From Mytilus trossulus (taxonomy: Eukaryota), in the NCBI RefSeq assembly GCF_036588685.1, contig NC_086374.1, positions 10,726,001 through 10,790,000 of the forward strand: a DNA stretch of 64,000 bases, written 5' to 3'. Numbering within the stretch: position 1 is the first letter of the stretch; each line of letters opens with the position of its first letter. The notes beneath the pieces were generated by a model. That model saw nothing but the letters and a program-made list of their open reading frames with translations. It was not told the origin of the DNA and did no database searches. The position numbers and the translations under genes are program-made. Of the stretch, positions 1 to 12,800 are shown piece after piece.

Positions 1-831
1 AATGAAATTCACCAAAAAAGATTACTTCTTTAAATATGCCACATATTTTTGAACTATATATTTGCATAGCCAACTGCTCTTCTCAGTTCTAATTTCAATA
101 TTCGTGCATCTGATAGACTATATCCAAGTCAATTATTTTTTATTTAGAGTGTCTGACAATGATGAATCAAAATTGAATGTGTTAATAATATAATCTTTTC
201 CTGTAAGTTTTCATTATTTACTTTATTGCAAATTGATTTGGAAATCTACCAAGTTCTCATTATACCATAATTGCAAAGGATACTTTATTCAGAATCATAG
301 TAGATTTTTTTAAACTGAAAATGTACATTTTTCTTAGTTGTAGCTATTATCAGCAAACCCAAAAATATCAGGTCAGAACCTTGTAAAGTTTGTTATGAGG
401 TATGGAATTTGCTCCTTGTTGAAAGCGCACAGTGACCAATTTTAGATTTCGACATATTTCTACGTCATTTAGTCTCAGTGGATAGATACCACCTACCACA
501 TCTCTTTATAACATAAATATTGCTATTTTGGTATTAATCATGATAGTATTACACTCTGTCGACACTTATATAGTTTTGAAATGGACAAATACATGTGTTA
601 ATTTACTTTTCGTTTTACATCTCATAACTGCTTTTCACCAAATCTGTCAAATGATGACCGATATTTTAGTTTTAAGTATCACAACTTTTTTTTTTAAATG
701 AAAAAAACATTGGAATAAGCTATCAATTAATTGCAGTACTTATATGACTGTGTATTTTGAACTTCTAAGGGGAAAATAAATGCTAAGCACCATGGTAATT
801 AGGAAAATAAAATAAAAAAAACGACAAACAG

Positions 832-1136
832 TGTGGTCAATGACACTGCTGGTGCACGTTTCGACCACTTTGATGTTGACATGCATATCATTTAAATGGT
901 TATTTTTTTTTTATAAATTTCCTGTTTACAAAACTATGAATATTCCGAAAAACTAAGGATTTCTTAACAGTCACCCATGCATAGATTAACTTAGCCGTAA
1001 CCTTTTATAATTGGGGTCCTCAATGCTATTCAAATTTGTACTTGTTTGGCTTTATAACTATTTTGATATGAGTGCACTGATAAGTTTTATGTAGACGTCT
1101 GGCGTATTAAATTATAATCCTGGTACCTGATAACTA
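832..1136 (+). mobile_element. Decayed hammerhead retrozyme copy
   Basis: Colinear with 59145-59489. The hammerhead core is damaged (CTGATAAG...AGAC then GTCTGGCGT, with GAAACGCGC deleted). Confidence 0.75.
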
Positions 1137-4100
1137 TCTACAAAACAGAGTATTGATAACTATACTAACTGAGATTAACGAACCCCACCTAATACCAGGG
1201 GGGATCTCAGTTACCTTGTTAAGATTGATACATTAATTCATTGTTTGCGTATTTATCTTATGAGCATGCATATAGATCTATGATATAATGACCTATAATG
1301 GTTAACTTTACACATTGTGACTTAGATGAACAGTAAACCCATTGTCACTAATACTACATCTTTTTATTTCTAATTATAGTAGTATGGTTTTTATTACATT
1401 TGAGTATAAACAAATTACTTGAAAAAAGATTTTTTGTAGGACTCAACCTATCTGAAAATCTTGAATTGTACTAAGAAATAAATATGTCGTTGCTTTAAAA
1501 AAATGTTGTAAATATCGTGTTTTATATATGTGTTATAAGAAAAAATATCTATATCACGTTTATATGTGTTTTGGCTTTTGATATTGCTCTTTGATTAGGG
1601 ACTTTTCGGTTTCGAATTTCCCATGGAGTTCAGTTTTTTATGTTTTTACTTTTTATTTACGAATAATGTCTAAATGCAGTAAAATGCGGGAAACAGAAGC
1701 TCAATGGCATAAAAGTCAAATGTTATCTACAGGTTAATATCAATTTATACATATAGTTATAACAGAAGGTAAAATAGTCTATTCAATTGGAGATGCTTTT
1801 AATCGCCCTGATAATAAAACTACTAATGATAGTTATGTTGATACTAAAAGTAATACAGTACATGTATCTACATTCTGATGAAATTGACAGAAAAAAAGGT
1901 TCAATCGTTCGTTTAAAATCTGTCATACGTCGTCTGCGCTTCATGTGTGAAACAGATATTCCATAACAAACAAATTCGTGTTGGCGTCTGTGAGTTGACG
2001 AACGGATGATTTTCATTTCACCAAGGAAAGCATGAAACAAAATGCAAGCTCTGGAACATCTTATAAACTGGAAGAGGATGACGATCTTCGCATCATTGTG
2101 ACCTATTCCAACTAACTGCATAACATATTTTTATCTAAAGCAATTATGTTATGAGAATTGAAGGTGTATTGGAATTTGTACCTTGTTCTTAAAGAATCAT
2201 CAATTACAATATTTTCTCTAGAGAAACTAGAACCATGTCTACATGCTACTGGTAAAAAGACGGATGGAATCTCTACAATGTTCTATTATACTTTCTGTCA
2301 AGAGACAGAAACCTTACAACTGATGTGTTATCAATTGAAAATCTTCCATAACAAATATCTAACATTGACCGTATACTAGTGTAAACTGATTTCACTTCTT
2401 ACAGGATCATTAACCTACTATGAGACCTATCAAAGAAGTGTTTTGTACTCTTCATAGTGCATCAATTTCGCGGCAAATATTAGCTAAAGTCTTTACTATT
2501 ATTGATGTGATATCGTTTTCATAGTAAATATGTCCTTTAACAGATAGTATTATTTTTGGTTAGATTGTGTTCCTTACTAGTAGGTCCTGCGCAAAGCAAG
2601 AACAAATGTTGCTCTAGTCTTACCTGGAACTATACTCACTGTAAACAGCATATATACAAGATATATAATATATATATATAAAAAAAAAATCTTATTCAAG
2701 TGGAAAATATTGGGAACTATAGTTCCATTTCAGATAGGCACACGGAGGCAAAGTTTTTTCTTAAAAGAGTTTTAAATTTTAAAAGTGGTGAATGACAAAA
2801 CCGGTGTGAGTTAAGTAAAGGTCATTTACATTGTATTATGTCAAAAAGATCATGATTTAGTTTGAATCTGTCCAACATGGTGCTGTAATTGAAAAAAGGT
2901 AAATTATATCTTATTATTTGTCTACTGTTAGAAATTCCTTCTCCTTGTATATCGGCAGTCAAATTTTAATTTTCTTTCATTGTTTTTACCAACCACGATA
3001 GTATATTTTTTAAATTGTATTCTTACAACAAAATTCAAAGCATCACTAAATATATATATTCTTATCAAGTTATTTATATCTGCGGTCCTAAATCCTGTCG
3101 ATACCTATATTTTTGGTATCGCTCTAGATTAATTTTTAATCAGACTGTTTATGATGTCTTTGAGTTTACGTTTACTATATTGAATATGTCCTGATTGATA
3201 TCTAAGTCTTCGAATCATGTATAGTTATTAGTTATAATTGATCCTGAGCTAGTGTTAAGTTTTGTGAATACTCTTTGAATGTTAATACATGTACTTGTCT
3301 GTTGTCGTTGTGTTACTTGTGTTTTTTCTTTGTATCAATGGGAGGAACCAAGCTATTGTCAACTTAATTGACAGTTAGTTCATATTTTTTTTACGTTTAG
3401 CTTCTGCACCAATGTCATAGTATTGTGTACGATTTAGTGCTAGCAAACACATTTTAATCCCAACACATTCTGTATGCGCTTGTCATGATTTCTATCTAAA
3501 TAAGATCGTTGCACTATAGTGTATTTTGTCGTTTCGGGATCTGTAAAACTTACTATACGGCATCAAATTGTGTGAAAGTTGCTAACTTCTCTGTTATTTT
3601 TTTTTCTGGTGGATAGTTCTATTATATCGCATCTTTGCATTTTCATATTTACTAGAAAACTGAAAATATATTTATGTGTTATAATTTTGTGTAAGTAAAC
3701 TAAGACTTGCTTTATGGGAAATGGTCAGTTTATTCAGATAAATAAACAACTTTTGATTGTCAGCAATGCTACAGAATATGTTTTATTTTTATCATACGAT
3801 ACTAATTTCATTTCGAAATTAAATTGTTTTCTTTTTATAAAACCTTAATCAATAATCATTTACTTGCAACAAATGCAAAACCACGAAAAGAGTCACCTTG
3901 GTTTAATCTAATTTGTTAAATATGACCCACAAATATAAAAAGTATCTCAGCAATTAAAGACATACATTTTACCAAATTAGAGTTTCATGGATGGTAGGCA
4001 AATTGTTCGATTAACTGAATTCTGTATGTTACTGATAAGAAAATTATCAGATTTTGTACCGTTCTAAATAAAACGATATTGTATACGATTCGCAGTTTTT

Positions 4101-5965
4101 TTCAATGCTAGAAAAGTTTTGCTGGAATTGTTTTAAAGTTTTCTTAGGTATACCAAATATTTTTGATGTATAATGATGAAACAACTGAATTGTTAAGGTG
4201 AAAATCGAAATGACACATGAAAACGAAAGGCGTAACCAATAATTATATTTTAATCTTTAATTTTTGTTATCTTAAAGTCATATTTGGAAGCAAAAATAAT
4301 ATAGAATCGTGCACGGTGTGTTTTTGTTTTTCTTGGTCTGATAACAAATAAAACTTAATTCGACTGTATCTCAGTAAGTAATTTTCCACCATGCGAGGCA
4401 AATAAAGGCAACAGTAGTATACTGCTGTTCAAATATCATTTACTAGTAATCGATTGTGAGAAAACAAATCCGGTTTACACACCAAACCGAGGACAAGTCA
4501 TCAATTATTAGAGAAAACAACTACATAACAAAAACACTGAGGTGCAACAAAACAAAAACCCATACGATAATGCAACATACATAGAAACAAAGATAAATTC
4601 ATAGCATAGCTGACCTAAGCTTTATTTGACCGGGTTTTGTGTCACTTTGTAGTTGTATAGCTCGTCACATATTTACTACTTTGTTCTCGGTTTAAAAAAG
4701 GTATCGGGGGTCTAGTATTGCATTGATTTAATTGAAGATATTTGAAACCATAGGATATTACCACTGTAAGTTCATCCTTATTCTGTATATGCATTTGTAA
4801 AATAGATCCTCATGAACTTTTCTTATTATGATAAATTTATATTAACATTTTTTTATGTAAACTTAGTTCAGATGCTTCATATTTGCGAAGTCTTAGATTT
4901 GCATTTGAACGATTTACTTTGAATATATTTTTAAAAGGAGAAGCCTTATCGACTACACAACCCTTTCATAATTTAATAGCTTTATTCGTTATTTGCAATC
5001 ATCAAAGAGGAGGTCATAATTTCATTAAAATTTACAACTTAATTACTTTCAAATAGTCCTGTTTTTTATTTTTTACTTAAACACACCGTAGCATCAGGTC
5101 ATGATTTACGATTAAAAACAAATCGAAAAAAAAAACCCAGCATGTGCTAAGAAAATATCTTAAAAAAATAAACAAAAAAATAATACCAACCGTTTACAAT
5201 AAGTGAACTATAGGATCCTGCTCTGGGACAGCTATATTTTTGTAGTACATATAAATGTGACGGATTTATAAAACATGTTTTTGAACACTCATAACTATCC
5301 CCTCCAAAAAAAAACAAAAAAACAACCAAATAAATTTCAGATAAAACATGCAACAGTATTACATTTTATTTAACGTCAGAACAAATTATGCCAATGTTGA
5401 TTAATACTTGGTTGGTATAATATTTGATAAAAAAATCATTACAAAAGAGATGTTTATGAGATTATGGGAAAAGACCTCTAAACTGGAATCAACTAAATAA
5501 GGTACCGAACGTTTTGATTATGCTTGAAATTTAATATAAATGTACATTGTTCTTTTCTGTATTGACACTGATTAATATGTAGCCACCTCCCATGGTGTGA
5601 AGAATTGAAATGGCATACAATACTAATTTTTTTTAATCAACTTCCGCATTCAGGGGATACATACGGATCAGTCACGTTATTAGAAATTTATTTTCTTTCT
5701 TCCATGTAAAGTTATTGACGTTGAAATGTATATTAAGCTTACATTTTAAGAATATCTATTAGATTTATATTTCCGCCATGCTGTTTAATTTATAAAGTTC
5801 CATATCGATATTTTGATAATATGATTTATTTTTGCTTTTATTCAACTTGAAAATATAGGTGCTGCGACGATAAAGGAGAAGGTCCGGTAATGGCTGATTT
5901 TGGTCTCAAATTTCAAATTCAACTGACGAAAGGTTTTAGACACTTTTTAAACACTTAAACACTTA

Positions 5966-6290
5966 TCGGATATGTTCCTTACGTCGTCACTACAATCCCC
6001 TTCCCTTTCATGAATGTGACCTTCCGAATTAGACTATTTACCGGATTTGTTATCACAAAAGCAACACGACGGGTGCCACATGGGGATCAGGATCTTCCTA
6101 CCCTTCCGGAGCACCTGAGATCACCCCTAGTTTTTGGTGGGGTTCGTGATGTTTATTCTTTAGTTTTCTATGTTGTGTCATGTATACTATTGTTTGTCTG
6201 TTTGTCTTTTTCATTTTTAGCCGTGGCGTTGTCAGTTTGGTTTAGATTTATGAGTTTGACTGTCCCTTTACTATCTTTCGTCCCTCTTTT
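5966..6290 (+). mobile_element. 5'-truncated PLE family 1, 3' end
   Basis: Near-identical to 45927-46252 (TCGGATATGTTCCTTACG...CGTCCCTCTTT). It appears inserted in an older repeat (about 5857-6550) that has an internal inverted repeat at 6443-6465/6527-6549. Confidence 0.85.
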
Positions 6291-6773
6291 AAGTGTCTTT
6301 TTCAGTTGATGTAATTACCTTATGTGAAAATTTTGAACTGATGTATTTATTCAAAATGCTGCGATTCTAGCTTGAAGACAAATCTATCAAATATGTCCTA
6401 AAAAATGTTACTTTTCAGATGTTTTTTTTTGTGTCAAAAATGAAAGTAGCCGCATCCGTGTTCATCCTCAATCTTTATCAATGTCATGTATTATCATCAA
6501 ATACAATTTACATTTCAATATTAAGAATGAACACAGATGCGGCCACTTTTAGTTAGGGGGTGTGACTGAACTTACTGCTTTACATCTCTGAATCATATAT
6601 AACATTCAAATGTAGGTCGAAATAAAACAGGATTGATTTCGTTTATTGGTTGCTGAAGGTAAATGTTTTCAAAATAGTGGAAGTAAATGTTTTATAAAGG
6701 AGGTAAAAATGTACATCAATGAGGGTTGGTTTTTTATTAAGCTCTCAAACTATTTCTACTCTTTATTAAGCTC

Positions 6774-8210
6774 ATATGGCTTCATATATTTGATGTGAGA
6801 ATTGTGTTTCATAGGTGGAATAAAGAAAATTAAGTGTCATGTGTCTAATCTTCTTTTTATTCGTAAAATTGTAGTAATAATTTAGCTTCCTGTTAGATAT
6901 ATAGATAGTGATTGTTTTGTTCTGATTTGTTAGTATGCCTTTTTTTCTTTTTTTTTTTTTTTTTAAATCAAATCGATTGGAGATATTAAAACTAAGGTCT
7001 CTTAAGGTTCTTTTTTGTTTTATATATACACATGTTTCTTCCATATTGTACAAGAATATAAACAGGAATAATTATGCACTTTTAAAACCAGTGTCAATCA
7101 AGAAAACAAATTAACAATGCCATAATTGCATCGCTTGCAAACTGAATTTTTAATTTACCATCCGTCTGGCCAAATTTTGCTGTTTATTTCAATGCTCAAT
7201 AATGTGTACATTGTGTAGACAGCTGATCATTTTATAAACAATGATGTCTCAATTTACTGTTTAAGGTTTGTTTTCATTTTTACAAGACATGATGTGTTAA
7301 TAAAATTGCTGTACAAATATATAGGAAGTTGTTGTATGAGTGCCAATGAGACAACTCTCTATCCAAAGTAACAATTATATGTTGCTTTATTGCCGCATTA
7401 CGCAACTTTTAATAGCATTATGTTCCTCTATTCAAATACTTAAATGTACAAATAAAATAATAAGTGATCCGAAATTATTAGCTGTTTTGTACAGGTTATA
7501 AGCTATAATTTGTAGAATATGTCTGGGATAAAAGCATGTATAACTACGTAATTACTGACAACACGTCAAATATATTTTAGTCCACTGAACTCACGACTAG
7601 AAAAATTCCACTTGAAGTCGAGATTGAGCTGAAGATTGGTAATAATATATGGCAAATCTATCGCAGGGAAAGCTATTATTAATAACGTATATACATACAG
7701 AAACATGAGAAACCGACTTAGACATAAAAACTTTCAGATACAATCCGTGCTAATGTATAACAGTTTCATTTAAAAAAATTAACTGCAATAAACATCCTAC
7801 ATTTTTAAAACGGCATATAAAAACATATGTTACATTAACTGATGATGTAATTTAAATAAGTGCTTTGTATTTTACTTAATGGATGTTAATAGCATTTGTT
7901 GACATATTACTAGTATTTAATGTTCCTGGACGTATTACTTTTTTCGAAACCCTGCACTTGAGTATATTCAATATTGCATGTATATGGTATACTTTAAATG
8001 TTAACATTTTACAACGCAGTAAATGTCACTTTAAAGAGGAATCTTTATATGAAAAACATGCATACGATTTCATATGACATCTTTACCGACATTTTCAATA
8101 TAAACTTTTTCCGGGTTACTGATCAAAATTCCAATATATGGCTTCACATATTTGATGTGAGGATTGTGTTTCATAGGTGGAATAAAGAAAATTAAGTGTC
8201 ATGTGTCTAA
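6774..8210. repeat. 75-bp direct repeat pair (6774-6848 and 8136-8210)
   Basis: ATATGGCTTCAYATATTTGATGTGAGRATTGTG...GTGTCTAA, 2 mismatches. Confidence 0.9.
7270..8060. repeat. Segment duplicated in inverted orientation at about 38590-39430
   Basis: Shared blocks include AAAAATTCCACTTGAAGTCGAGATTGAGCTGAAGATTGGT and AATTTGTAGAATATGTCTGGGATAA, with reverse complements near 39057-39097 and 39166-39190. Confidence 0.85.
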
Positions 8211-8256
8211 ACCTTGAAGGAGATGAACTTTCGCGGTGCAACGATTTACCTCACAG

Positions 8257-8520
8257 TTATTAATGATGTTCTTTCGTTTAACCATCCAACTTTTCTAAAT
8301 TGGTCCCCTTAATAATTAATATATCCTCCAGAACGAGAAATTACGAAACAAGACAACAGACACGGATTCCTTTGCCTAATTGGCTTATACATCGAATTGG
8401 ACATGAGTGGTCAGTTCAGTGACACAATATATGACAAACTATACGATTTTAATTACTTAGTATGAAATTATCAATTTCCCCCTACTTAGTAGCTTTGTAT
8501 CAACTTCACTTGCGTCTAGA
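8257..8520 (+). pseudogene. Decayed PLE reverse transcriptase fragment
   Basis: Frameshifted translation resembling (Y)INDVLS...IYPPE...TTDT...IYDK..DFN...IINFP.LSS, colinear with the RT at 45339-45950. Confidence 0.7.
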
Positions 8521-9381
8521 AACACAAAATGACATTTGGATGGATAGTTGTCTCAATGGCACGCGTACCCCATCTTCTAATACCTTTATATACAAATCAC
8601 ATTACAAAAATGAAAGACAAGAACACAAAAATGTACCATAGCACAATACCATCATGACGGGATGTATAAGTCTAGATCTGTATACACTATGCAGATTTAT
8701 TCCCTAGAATAAACAAAAACGCCAAACACATACCAGATAGTAATACGATTAAAATTACACTTTTCTAGAATATTATCTACTAATGGCATTGAAATTAACG
8801 GATACCAGGAATGGTTCAAGTGCCCCATGTATTGTGCAATGAGTTATGATGTTCTCTGTTATAGCATTTTCCCCTGCACGCTACTGGGAAATAACGAAAT
8901 GTCTCAGACAGAGATAAACACTGTAAATTCATAAACTAATGTTTTTAATGCGACTGGGTGAATACTGCTTAAAGGAACTCGCATTCTGCAATCTGATACA
9001 TATATCTATATGCAGATTTCTCTTATACAACAATGATTGATCTCGATTTTTTGTTAATTTTCAAAAACTGCAACAACAAATGAACGCATCAATTTCTTAA
9101 TTTACAGCATTCGTATCATTATTAAATAATTAAGCTACCAAATATATTTAGTGTGGGCTAATATGATTTCTATTTCAGAATACTGTTTTTTTTATCACAG
9201 TAGTCATTTCCAGTTAAATATTGGTTATAAGATGTAAGTGATATTTAGCCTTTCATTTTGAATTTTCCTATTAGTTCGGTATTTTTTTAAATTTTACTTT
9301 TAATTAATGTAGGAGTCATAAATTTTGGCGAAATCTACAATATTTGACATTGTCTGAACTCCAATATTTATTATATGAGAC

Positions 9382-9810
9382 TTATACATTATTTTGTACC
9401 GTATGTAGTTCTGTTTGACCCTCAATATTAGGTCGTGTACCAACTGACTTGTCGATCATATTTGTATTGTTCTTCGTCGGTTTTTCTTCCAACACACATT
9501 GACATAGTTTTGTAATTAAAGGTGATCTTTTGATAATCGCCTGTTTAAATCCCTCATTTACAAATGCGTAGACGAATGGATTGACACAAGAATTAGCATA
9601 AGAGAGCGTGTGACCAAATAATTTAAAATAGTGCATTGCATCTGTTCTCGGGAAGTTAGGATCGAACTGTATCCAAAGTGCAATCAAATGTATGGGAAAC
9701 CAGCACAAAGCAAACAAGAATACTACTATAGCCACCATTCTCGTTACTCGTTTTTTACGTCGAAGTTGCCTTTCTTGTTTGTCATTTTTAATTGGTAGTG
9801 CAGCTTCGTT
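9382..9810 (-). CDS. GPCR coding exon 4 (ICL3-TM6-TM7-C tail)
   Basis: Acceptor TTTCAG|AAC; RKKRVTRMVAIVVFLFALCWFPIH...NPFVY...NNV then TAA. Confidence 0.93.
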   Translation of the reverse strand, partial: NEAALPIKNDKQERQLRRKKRVTRMVAIVVFLFALCWFPIHLIALWIQFDPNFPRTDAMHYFKLFGHTLSYANSCVNPFVYAFVNEGFKQAIIKRSPLITKLCQCVLEEKPTKNNTNMIDKSVGTRPNIEGQTELHTVQNNV

Positions 9811-12800
9811 CTGAAATGATAAAAATCTTTGTAAAGGCATAAATTTTATAACTACTTTGTGTACTTATCATCTTATATCAATATAACAAAACAACACACA
9901 AAGAGTGAGGCAGAAAAAAAATGAACTGTTGTATGTAATTTTGACAACCTATTAATATGGGTCCCTCTTAGGTCAACTGAACACCCAAATTCACAATTTT
10001 CAAAACATATTTTAATGTTAAAGAGGGGAATTCGGTGACCGACTTGTCTGAATTTCTTCGAAACAATAATCTGTCAAAACCTTGCAAAATTGAAGTGGTG
10101 TTGTCTCATATCTTCAAATTCTTCATTAACGGCGAAATTTACTTTGCACGTCTGATAATTAGCCAAGTTTATTTCTTTATTCGGATGAGGTAAACTCATG
10201 ATAAGTGTTTCTTATGAAAACGACAATAGCTACCAGCATTGTCAACTTGACATTTTGTGTATACTATTAGGTGAAGCCAAAGTTACACATCGATTACTTT
10301 AGTTCGTGGTATTCCTGGAGTTTTATTTGTTATAGAATTGGAACCGCTTGCATTTTACCAAGTTTTAAAAAAAAAGTGAAAGAAGCTGGCTTTTCTCCGT
10401 ATAAGATTTTTGTATTCTTCCATCTTGGGTAACTTCTATTAGTATTGATTTCAACCGATATTTGTGTCATTGTAAATTCACTGTCTATTCATTATTATAT
10501 AATGGTATATTTTAGTTATATTTGTAATGTCAATTTAAGCGTTTTAACAATTATGTGAAATTTCAAACCCTCGGGGGTCCATTATTTGGTGAATGTAAAT
10601 GCCTTCCATTTCTCTGCTTACTTATTGCTAAATGTAATCTACATTTGCATACATGTTTGTGTTATCATGGTTTCGATTATTTACCAACTGATGGTCCAGG
10701 ACATACAAAATGATTTAGAAATAATCAAAATAAATATAACTTAATGTTTGATGTTGATGAATTTCAATTGATTATTTTGTATTATTTCCTTCTTTTTTTC
10801 ATCTTACATAATAATAATTAGTAGCACTGACTTGATCTTTGAGAATATGAAATATATGTCCAAGTAATTTTATTATAGTTAATTAAATGAAAGTGGTTTT
10901 TTTTCTTAAACAAGTTTCACCAGAGAGAATATGCTATTCCCGATTGTGACTTACCAGCCGACGGTTGACTTGTTATGATACCATTAGAAAACCTGAAGTC
11001 ACCTTTCGCATTTGGTAACATGTATGCCCACTTAGCAAAAAAAGCAAGTCGACAAATCAGGTCTCACTACATTCAGATTCCGATCGATTATTACTTTTTT
11101 CTATCCGCTGTTTTGTCTTGATGTGAAGAATTATAATATTAGAACAATACTTTACAAAATCTTAATATGAGCCATTTAAAATGTATGGATAACGTATTAG
11201 TTTGTAACAAAAAAAATATTGCATATCCCTTTTTTTTATTTTCTTAGGATTTTTGGCATGATCACCAATGTACAATATACACATCAATGCTTCTTAATTT
11301 ACACCAAAACCTACGTACAACTCTTTTCTTACCTCGGGCTTTGCTCGTTTCATTTTATTTCCTTTCCACAGATGTTGCAAAATACAGCCATAACATATTG
11401 TTATAGCTGTCATTGGAATAAAAAACGTTGTCATGACAACTGCTAATGTAGTAGTCTTAATCCATTCTGGCCCGGGCCACTTGGGGACACAGTCTAAAAT
11501 GCCCTCATTTCCTGGACGCTCGACTACTGTTTGAAACAGGAAGAATGGTAGTGATATGCTGATTGACACTAAAAAATTAAGTAAAAGGAAAGTATTGTTA
11601 TAAGAAGAACTGTGATCATGTACACAAAGATAGGTACTCTTTTCACTACTGTATTGACCAAAGTATCTTGCAACGGAATATCACTAATCAAATACAAAAT
11701 CATAACCCCAAACACATCAAACGAATACATGACAGCTGTCATATATCTGACTTGGTACATACCGTTTCATATGTAGAAAATGATGGATTAAAGTTGGGTT
11801 TATTTCTATCTAAACCTTTCACTTGTATGACAGTAAATTAGAATTAATGAATGCATTTAAATTCTTTAAATTAGAACTTTTTTGTTATGTCAATCTTTCC
11901 TAATTCCATTAAACTGGTCGTTATTATTTTTTACCTATTCAAAGATTGTATCTCATCTGCAATTATATCACATATTTTTCTTTCGTTTCTATTAATGTAA
12001 ATATGATACTGTTATACGAGAAAAACAATATTTACAAAAATAAACAAAACTGCACACTTTTGCTATATTCCGACCAATACTTCAATACTTAGTGAATGGT
12101 GAAACTATTGCTACATACCTAACCATACATCAAAACAAATGATTAATGAAACTTTGGAAACATACGTGCTCATATACTTCAAGGCTTATGAATAATAAAT
12201 ATTTTGTCACACATCCATTTATAATTCAAGGCTAATCACAAATTAAACTTTGCCGAAATACCTTCTCATACTTCAAGGGTAATACATGATGAAAGTTTGG
12301 CTACAAACCTGCTTATACTGAAAGACTATATGGTAATTATACTTTTGCTACTCAACTACCCATACTTTAAGGCTAATGAAAGATGTAACATTTTCTACAT
12401 TTCTGTCCATACTGCATGATTGATAAATGATGCAATCTTGGCAACACACATTCAGTATTTAATACCAAACTAATAAATCAAACCTTGGCTACATACCTTA
12501 CCATACTCGTATCTAATAAATCAAACCTTGGCAATATACCTTCCCATACTCCTGGCTAATAAATCATACTTTGGCTACAAACCTTCCCATACTCCTGGCT
12601 AATAAATCATACTTTGGCTACAAACCTTTCCATACTCCTGGCTAATAAATCAAACCTTGACTACATACCTTTCCATACTCCTGGCTAGTTAATCAAACCT
12701 TGGCTATATACCTTTACATACTCCTGGCTAATAAAACAAATATTGGCTACATACCTTTCCATACTCCTGGCTAATAAATCAAACATTGGCTACATACCTT

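Noticed and set aside
6010-6309. Hydrophobic 99-aa ORF (similar ORFs at 45971-46262 and 60983-61258)
   Set aside because: These are translations of the T-rich PLE 3' UTR; the frame is not preserved between copies.
9811-9840. ATG start of the 152-aa ORF (and ORF-track tails at 11294-11332 and 17692-17712)
   Set aside because: Intronic read-through beyond clear splice sites.
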